A DNA stretch of 64,000 nt from Candidatus Pacearchaeota archaeon (GTDB taxonomy: Archaea; Nanobdellota; Nanobdellia; Pacearchaeales; GW2011-AR1), in the NCBI GenBank assembly GCA_026395815.1, contig JAPLXZ010000010.1:70659-134658 (forward strand). The letters are read 5' to 3'. Below are positions 57,886 through 64,000 of this stretch, one piece after another (the first letter of the stretch is position 1; the number at the start of each line of letters is the position of its first letter). Position numbers and translations under genes: made by a program. Under the pieces are notes generated by a model. That model saw only the letters and a program-made list of their open reading frames with translations, was not told where the DNA came from and did no database searches.

Positions 57886-59316
57886 CTATTTAACAAACAT
57901 GTTAATTGCCCAAAAAATCATGATAACAGCTAATAAAAGAAGGAATAGGTATGTCATGAATGAAAACACTTTCTTTGCCACAGATTCTCTTTTTGTTATT
58001 CCAAGTACAGCCAAATAGAAAAATCTCCCACCATCAAAAATTCCAACAGGCAGCATATTTACTAATGCCACACTAAAGCAGATTAATACAAGCCACCAAA
58101 GCAAATCGTAGATGAATTCTCCAGCAGCAAATATTGGTTTGTAATATATATTAGGATTCTTAAATGAAGTAAAAAACCCGATTATCTTGTAGATAACGCT
58201 GCCTTCTTCTCTATTCATAAAACCAACTCCAAGATAAGGCAAGGTTTCATTGTTAGGATTTTTTCCAAGAATTACTTCATAAACTTTTTCCTGTTCGTTT
58301 GAAATTGTTGTGACTGTTATTTTACTTCCAGGAAAGTATTTTAACAATTCTTCTCCCATTTTTTCCCTGCTTTTTACACTTATCCCATTAACCTTTATGA
58401 TTGTATTTTCCAATTGAGCTTTTATTGCAGGAGCGTCATCATATAAGAAAACATATTTTTCACTATTTCCTTGTTGCTCTAAGAAGCTTTTTGTTGCTAA
58501 GTATGTTAAATCGCCTGTTTTAACCTCATTAATTCCTGTTTCATTAAGCAAGCTCAAAACAGAACTGTATGATGGATTTTCTAAAGCAAAGTTATTCACA
58601 GAAGTTATCGCAGATATTCCGACTATTGAATAGGTATATGTGTCGAAAATTGTTCCTGAAGGAGCAAATACAAGAGAAAAGAAAGCAAACAAAACCAAGA
58701 AAGACAAGATTCCTGTTAGGACATTTGCAAAAGTTCCTGAAGAAAGAACAACCATTTGAGGCAGGATTTTCTTTTTAACCATCCTCTTTTCGTCTAATTC
58801 AACAAAAGCAGCCAAAAAAATCGGTAAGAAAAACGGGAAAAATCCAAATCCTGTGCTTTTTACTTTAATCTTCTTATGTACAGCAAAAATACCGTGTGCA
58901 AACTCATGGAATATAGCAACTACTGCGATAATTATTATCCAATATGTAAAATAAAAAGGAGGTAGAAAACTTAATTTGAATAATTGAGGTAAATATGGGA
59001 GAAGAGGCATTATAGGAGGAACTTTAACCATACGTATTATCTCTGCCTGAAAAATATACATCCAAACAATTCTTCCAAAAAGATAAACCATGGTTCCCAT
59101 CAAAATAAATCCCAAGGCGATTGAGATGTATCCTAAAACATCCAATGTCTTTTTGTATTTCTTTCCAACATAATTTATCAGTTTAATTCCTAATCTAGTC
59201 TTGTAAAGAAAAAGAAGTTTTTCCCTCTTCAAATTTTTTCTTTTTAAATAAAGGAAAACTGATGTAAAAACTAAGAAAATTCCCAATAAAACCAAATCAT
59301 ACACCATAAAATTCAT
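57886..59316 (-). CDS. Site-2 protease (M50) with PDZ-like insert
   Basis: HEFAHG, AFVE, NMLPVGIFDGG. Confidence 0.92.
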   Translation of the reverse strand: MNFMVYDLVLLGIFLVFTSVFLYLKRKNLKREKLLFLYKTRLGIKLINYVGKKYKKTLDVLGYISIALGFILMGTMVYLFGRIVWMYIFQAEIIRMVKVPPIMPLLPYLPQLFKLSFLPPFYFTYWIIIIAVVAIFHEFAHGIFAVHKKIKVKSTGFGFFPFFLPIFLAAFVELDEKRMVKKKILPQMVVLSSGTFANVLTGILSFLVLFAFFSLVFAPSGTIFDTYTYSIVGISAITSVNNFALENPSYSSVLSLLNETGINEVKTGDLTYLATKSFLEQQGNSEKYVFLYDDAPAIKAQLENTIIKVNGISVKSREKMGEELLKYFPGSKITVTTISNEQEKVYEVILGKNPNNETLPYLGVGFMNREEGSVIYKIIGFFTSFKNPNIYYKPIFAAGEFIYDLLWWLVLICFSVALVNMLPVGIFDGGRFFYLAVLGITKRESVAKKVFSFMTYLFLLLLAVIMIFWAINMFVK

Positions 59317-59326
59317 ATTATCACCA

Positions 59327-59488
59327 TTATTTTTTTCTTAAAGGCCTAAAAGCATTCCTCTTGCATTTTCTGCATCTAACTTTTCCCTTTAAAATTTTTT
59401 GAGGATCAGACTTAATTTTAGTCTTACAATTTCTGCAAACGAAAACATTCTTGTATAGTCTGTTTGATGCTTCGATTATCTTTGCCAT
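59327..59488 (-). CDS. rpl40e: 50S ribosomal protein eL40 (not in ORF track)
   Basis: MAKIIEASNRLYKNVFVCRNCKTKIKSDPQKILKGKVRCRKCKRNAFRPLRKK, two CxxC. Confidence 0.85.
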   Translation of the reverse strand: MAKIIEASNRLYKNVFVCRNCKTKIKSDPQKILKGKVRCRKCKRNAFRPLRKK

Positions 59489-59491
59489 TTT

Positions 59492-59878
59492 TTACACTTT
59501 TCTTTTGATTATTTTTTCTCCTTCAACATCCCAATATTCAACATTTGAATTTACTTCAATTTCTTGCTTAACTTCTTCAGGACAATTAACTTCCAATGTT
59601 TCAAAACTCTCCAAATCCATAATGCTAATCTTTTCTCCTATTGAAAGAACCTGCCCCTTTCTTTTGTTTACTATTGGGACTTCTATTCTTTCATGCCCCG
59701 GGACAACAAAAACTTTTTTTTGTCCAGAGATTATTCCAGCAGCTTCAACTCTTGCTTTGCTGTGTCCGTGCTTTCCTGTTTTGCTTATATCAATTTTTTT
59801 TACAGTGCAGGATTCTCCTTCGAAAATTATGTTAGTACCCACCTTCATTTCAGTAGCATTAATTATCTTTAAGACCAT
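59492..59878 (-). CDS. eif5a: Translation factor aIF5A
   Basis: SKTGKHGHSK hypusine loop; start reassigned to 59878. Confidence 0.95.
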   Translation of the reverse strand: MVLKIINATEMKVGTNIIFEGESCTVKKIDISKTGKHGHSKARVEAAGIISGQKKVFVVPGHERIEVPIVNKRKGQVLSIGEKISIMDLESFETLEVNCPEEVKQEIEVNSNVEYWDVEGEKIIKRKV

Positions 59879-59999
59879 TATGCAAAACTCCTGTTTTGTA
59901 TTTGTGCTGAAAACTTCCTGTTTTCTGTCATTATGCAAAATCTCCTAAATTTTGTATCCGCAACAAAGTGAAGACATTGAAAAATTTCCTGTTTTTCAT
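59878..59999 (-). repeat. Tandem pair of junction cassettes upstream of aIF5A: MKNRKFFNVFTLLRIQNLGDFA* (59999-59931) and MTENRKFSAQIQNRSFA* (59931-59878)
   Basis: Both end TTTTGCATAATG with TAATG coupling; both carry the two hairpins. Confidence 0.85.
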
Positions 60000-60052
60000 A
60001 TATACTAAACCAAAAAAAATAGATTTATAAACATTTTCTATTAGAGATTAGG

Positions 60053-60718
60053 ATGGCATTAAAAGAAAAAGATTTTATTGAAATAGAATTTACAGGAAAA
60101 ATAAAAGATGGGGAAGTTTTTGATTCAAATATCAAGAAAGATTTGGAAAAATTAGATAAAACTGCCAAACCAAAACCATTTATTTTTTGTTTGGGAAAGG
60201 GAATGTTTTTGAAAGGAATAGATGATTTTTTGATTGGAAAAGAAATTGGAAAATACAAGATAGAACTCACCCCAGAAAAAGCCTTTGGCCCAAGAATTAA
60301 GGAGTTTGTTCAGATGATTCCTATAAAAATTTTTAAGACTCAGAATTTAGCTCCTGTTCCAGGGTCAGTTTTCAATTTCGATGGAAGGTTAGCAAAAATA
60401 ATTACTGTTTCTGGAGGAAGAGTAATAGTTGATTTTAACAACCCCCTAGCAGGAAAAACTGTCGTGTATGAAATTAATGTTCTAAGAAAAGTAGAAGACT
60501 TAAATGAAAAAATAAAAGCATTTATCTCTTTTTTATTTAAAAAGGAATTAAAATTCTCTGTAACAGACAAGAAGATAATAATTGAAGCAGAAAAAGAAAG
60601 CGCTAAATTTATTGAGGTTTTTGAAGAGAAATTCAAGGAAATGTTTAATCTTGGATTAGAAGTTAAGGAAATCAAGGAAAGCAAAGAACTCAATAAAAAT
60701 CCTAAAACACCACAATAA
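60053..60718 (+). CDS. slyD: FKBP-type peptidyl-prolyl isomerase (SlyD-like)
   Basis: GEVFDS, PEKAFG, GGRVIVDFNNPLAGK. Confidence 0.92.
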   Translation: MALKEKDFIEIEFTGKIKDGEVFDSNIKKDLEKLDKTAKPKPFIFCLGKGMFLKGIDDFLIGKEIGKYKIELTPEKAFGPRIKEFVQMIPIKIFKTQNLAPVPGSVFNFDGRLAKIITVSGGRVIVDFNNPLAGKTVVYEINVLRKVEDLNEKIKAFISFLFKKELKFSVTDKKIIIEAEKESAKFIEVFEEKFKEMFNLGLEVKEIKESKELNKNPKTPQ

Positions 60719-60749
60719 TTTTTATAAACAGACATAACCTTTTTTTAAC

Positions 60750-61856
60750 ATGGCAGAGATTTATAAAAAGGGGAGTTCAGCAATTCTTTCAGATATCACT
60801 CCAGAAATCAAAGAAATTGATAGGGAACTTGAAGAATTAATAAAGAAACAATCAGCAAAAATTAAAGTTATTGGTGTTGGCGGAGCAGGAGGAAACTCCT
60901 TAAGCAGAATGAAGGAAATTGGGATAAGAGGTGGAGAACTAATTGCGGTTAATACAGATGCTCAAGATTTATTATATGCAAACGCAGATCAAAAAATTCT
61001 TATTGGAAGGGAATTAACTCAAGGGCTTGGAGCAGGAAGCAATCCTAAAATAGGAGAACAAGCAGCAAGAGAATCTGAATCAGAAATCAAGAAAAAAATA
61101 GCCAATAGTGATATGGTATTCATAACTTGCGGAATGGGAGGAGGAACAGGAACAGGAGCCGCACCATTTATTGCGGCATTATCAAAGAAACAAGGTTCAT
61201 TAACTATTGGTGTTGTCACATTGCCGTTTACTATCGAAGGAAAGAAAAGAATAGAAAACGCAATGGACGGATTAGACAGGATGCAGTCTGTTGTAGATAC
61301 TCTTATTGTAATTCCAAACGACAAGCTTCTTGAACTTGCTCCTGAATTGCCATTGCACACCGCATTTAAGATAGCAGACGAAATCTTGACAAATGCTGTT
61401 AAAGGAATAACATAATTAGTAACAACAACAGGCTTGGTAAATCTTGATTTTGCAGACATTAAAGCAGTAATGATTGATGGAGGAGTTTCATTAATTGGAA
61501 TGGGCGAGTCTGATACAGGACAAAGGGCTGTTGAGTCTGTAGAAAAAGCAATTCAAAATCCTCTTTTGGACGTTGATATCTCTGGAGCAACAGGAGCCTT
61601 AGTCAATATAGTCGGTGGTCCTGATATGAGTTTAGAAGAATGCAAAAGGATTATAGAAACTGTTGGAAACAGATTAAGCAAGGAAGCGAAATTAATTTGG
61701 GGGGCACAGATTTCAGACGATATGGAGAAGTCAATCAGAGTTTTGTTGATAGTAACAGGAGTAAAAAGCTCCCAAATAATGGGACAGGGTGACAGCTTAG
61801 AAAAGATAAAACATAAGGAAATTGAAGAAGAATTAGGAATTGAGTTCTTTGAATAG
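60750..61856 (+). CDS. ftsZ: Cell division protein FtsZ interrupted by one in-frame TAA (61413-61415)
   Basis: [41 protein letters not shown] with both halves in one frame. Confidence 0.93.
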
Positions 61857-61905
61857 ATTATTGGGACATATAAATTCTTAAAAAGTTTACCATAAATAAA
61901 ATAAG

Positions 61906-62166
61906 ATGGTAAATAGAAAATTAAAAGATAAATATGAAAATGAAGTAACAGAAAGATTTTATATTTATTGTCCGATGATTTTTAAAGATACAGATGCAAG
62001 GTTAATTTATGTTATACCTCAGGAAGATAGAAGTATTATAATGGAAAATGATTATGGAAGACTTCATTTAAATAAGCCCAAATCATTTTCATTTGCAAGA
62101 AAATTAATTCCATTAGATAATCCTGGAGGAGTTATCAGATTTGCTCTCTCTAAACTTGAAAAATAA
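61906..62166 (+). CDS. Hypothetical protein
   Basis: 86-aa ORF between ftsZ and secE. Confidence 0.55.
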   Translation: MVNRKLKDKYENEVTERFYIYCPMIFKDTDARLIYVIPQEDRSIIMENDYGRLHLNKPKSFSFARKLIPLDNPGGVIRFALSKLEK

Positions 62167-62167
62167 A

Positions 62168-62410
62168 ATGGAAAAAGAAGATTTTTATAAAAAATTAAGT
62201 AATTATCCGGTAGGTTCTTTATTAAATCTGCAGTGGGATAGGGGAAATGGAACTCTTGAAAGACTGGTTAGATTTATTGGGTTTAAAGACGATTCTCCTT
62301 TATTATATTTTGATGGTGGAAGTCTTTTAGATATTGATAAGATTGGCGGTTATTCATCAATAATCTCTATTCAAAAAGAATGCCCCCATAAAGCATGTGT
62401 CTACTCATAA
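62168..62410 (+). CDS. Hypothetical protein
   Basis: Starts 1 nt after previous stop (TAAaATG). Confidence 0.55.
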   Translation: MEKEDFYKKLSNYPVGSLLNLQWDRGNGTLERLVRFIGFKDDSPLLYFDGGSLLDIDKIGGYSSIISIQKECPHKACVYS

Positions 62411-62441
62411 ATCTTAAAAACCCCTGTTTTCTGTTTATTGT

Positions 62442-62624
62442 ATGGCAAAGGTATTTCATTCATTAGGTTCTTTTTTTGCAAAATGCAAAAGAGTCTGGCA
62501 GGTTTTGAAAAAGCCGAGCAAAGAAGAATTTGTAAAGATAGCAAAGGTTTCTGCAGTTGGAATTATGCTTTTAGGATTGCTTGGATTTATTATTTCTATA
62601 ATTATGAAATTGTTCAACGGATAA
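62442..62624 (+). CDS. secE: Protein translocase SecE/Sec61gamma
   Basis: CKRVWQVLKKPSKEEF..IAKVSAVGIMLLGLLGFII. Confidence 0.92.
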   Translation: MAKVFHSLGSFFAKCKRVWQVLKKPSKEEFVKIAKVSAVGIMLLGLLGFIISIIMKLFNG

Positions 62625-62654
62625 ATTTATAAATAATTTTTCTATAAATTCTCG

Positions 62655-63062
62655 GTGGCAAAAATAAGAACAACTAGTTATGATTTAACATGTTACGCTG
62701 GAGAATATGAAGATCTAATTAAAGCATTAAGTGAAATAGCTATCTCCCATGGAACAGAGGATAAATGGCAGTATTTTTTAATGCCTAAAGGAAAAATTAA
62801 GATTTCTCTTCTTGATAATAGATACGGGAGAAATACAAGAGGAGAATTAGAAGGAAGAGTTAGAATGGCAATCCAGAGAACGACTTTCAAAGAGCCAAGA
62901 TATGTTAGAAGAATTCTCAAAAGATTGGAAGGAGAATCGAATGCTGATGGAAGTTTTACTGAAAACGGAATAATTCAATTGCACCTTAAGGAAAATCATG
63001 AAGAATATAAGGAAGACCAAGAAAGATACAGAAAAAGAGAGTTTAACAATGAAAGAAAGTGA
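62655..63062 (+). CDS. Hypothetical protein between secE and spt5
   Basis: 135-aa ORF, GTG start, upstream TTTATAAA box. Confidence 0.55.
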   Translation: MAKIRTTSYDLTCYAGEYEDLIKALSEIAISHGTEDKWQYFLMPKGKIKISLLDNRYGRNTRGELEGRVRMAIQRTTFKEPRYVRRILKRLEGESNADGSFTENGIIQLHLKENHEEYKEDQERYRKREFNNERK

Positions 63063-63155
63063 TATTGCAAAAATTTATAAACCTCTCCTTTTAACTAATT
63101 ATATCTTTCTAAGATATTAAGTCTTAGACGGAGCTAAATAACTAAATAAACAAAA

Positions 63156-63608
63156 ATGATTTTCATAATAAAAGTAACAACGAATAAAGAAGAAAGAGTC
63201 GTTGATATGATATCTGAAAGAGCAGAGAAAAAACATCTGAATGTTTTTTCAGTTTTGCGTCCTCACGGCTTGAGAGGATATATTCTAATGGAAGCAGAAG
63301 ATAGAGAATCTGCAGAAGAAGCTGCATTTGACTTGCCTTATGTCAAGGGGATTATAGGAAAGACAATAAATTACGAGGAAATAAAAAACATGATTGAGCC
63401 TTCTGCAACAACAATTTCAATAAAAGAAGGAGACATCGTTGAATTGATAGCAGAACCATTCAAAAAAGAAAAGGCAAAAGTTTTAAGAATAGACAAACAG
63501 AAAGAAGAAGTTGTAGTGAGCTTGCTTGGGGCAGTTGTCCCATTGCCAGTTACAGTTAAATTGGATAATGTTAAAGTTATAAGACGTGAGGAAGAAGAAA
63601 ATCAATAA
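63156..63608 (+). CDS. spt5: Transcription elongation factor Spt5 (NusG)
   Basis: LRGYILMEA NGN domain; EGDIVELIAEPFKKEKAKV KOW. Confidence 0.95.
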   Translation: MIFIIKVTTNKEERVVDMISERAEKKHLNVFSVLRPHGLRGYILMEAEDRESAEEAAFDLPYVKGIIGKTINYEEIKNMIEPSATTISIKEGDIVELIAEPFKKEKAKVLRIDKQKEEVVVSLLGAVVPLPVTVKLDNVKVIRREEEENQ

Positions 63609-63609
63609 A

Positions 63610-63813
63610 ATGGAAATGAGTTTTTTTGTCAAACAAGAGAAATTGGATGAAACTAAAAAAGTAATAAGGAGTTTAAACTCCCTTAGATTTATGGGTAATC
63701 CTTCACCAGTTGGAAAAGAAGTTTATATTTCAATCTCAGGAGAAGTTAATGAGATGAATCAGTTTAGTAAATATTTATCTACAATTAGGAGTGGAAAAGA
63801 AAATGCAAATTAA
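63610..63813 (+). CDS. Hypothetical protein inserted between spt5 and rpl11
   Basis: MEMSFFVKQE..., starts 1 nt after spt5 stop, overlaps rpl11 start and supplies GGAGTG. Confidence 0.55.
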   Translation: MEMSFFVKQEKLDETKKVIRSLNSLRFMGNPSPVGKEVYISISGEVNEMNQFSKYLSTIRSGKENAN

Positions 63814-64000
63814 ATTATTAGTTGAAGGCGGAAGCATGAAACCAGGGCCAGCACTAAGCCAAAAATTAGGTCCATTAGGCATAAATCTGAATCAAGTAAT
63901 AACAAAAGTAAACGAAGCGACAAAATCTTTTGATGGGCTAAAGGTTCCGGTTGAATTAAATGTAGATGCGTCTACAAGAGAGTTTGATGTGAAAGTCTTT
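63803..64000 (+). CDS. rpl11: 50S ribosomal protein uL11 (partial, runs off window)
   Basis: MQIKLLVEGGSMKPGPALSQKLGPLGINL...VNEATKSFDGLKVPV. Confidence 0.93.
   Translation, partial: MQIKLLVEGGSMKPGPALSQKLGPLGINLNQVITKVNEATKSFDGLKVPVELNVDASTREFDVKVF

Noticed and set aside
51677..61415. Genome-wide reassignment of TAA to Glu
   Set aside because: TAA is the normal terminator of most genes here (rpl15, rpl2, secY, spt5 and others) at the expected protein ends.
62438..62632. 64-aa ORF overlapping secE
   Set aside because: Alternative frame; 62442-62624 has the SecE signature.
63106..63126. Hairpin TCTAAGA/TCTTAGA upstream of spt5
   Set aside because: A single 7-bp AT-rich stem with no supporting copies; could be chance.

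Overview
AT-rich archaeal DNA, most likely a DPANN archaeon of the Pacearchaeota/Woesearchaeota type. This is inferred from the archaeal ribosomal protein set, the N-terminally extended uS14, AglB, and AMP phosphorylase plus R15P isomerase. The window holds: (1) 1-18.5 kb, an N-glycosylation/surface-glycan locus ending in aglB, including an NDP-heptose-like pathway; (2) 20.5-36.5 kb, the minus-strand rpl3...secY (S10/spc-like) superoperon; (3) 39.5-51.9 kb, an intron-containing tRNA-Ser(TGA) carrying a ~12.2 kb integrated defence element (tyrosine integrase, 13-bp att repeat, 21-bp terminal inverted repeats, two C5 methyltransferases, HNH and PD-(D/E)XK nucleases, Vsr, GHKL-ATPase/HEPN-like fusion); (4) 51.9-64 kb, housekeeping genes (XPD/DinG-like helicase, rpl1-10-12, taw1, S2P protease, rpl40e, aIF5A, FKBP, ftsZ, secE, spt5, rpl11). 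The most striking unexplained signal is a dispersed family of at least 12 cassettes of ~50 nt at gene junctions. Each is a 15-32 codon mini-ORF that usually begins at the upstream gene's stop and ends overlapping the next start (TAATG/ATGA). Each folds into two small hairpins with compensatory changes, the second exposing GGA(G), the Shine-Dalgarno core, in its loop. ftsZ and the HEPN-like gene each carry a single in-frame TAA where GAA is expected. All calls were made by eye without database searches.
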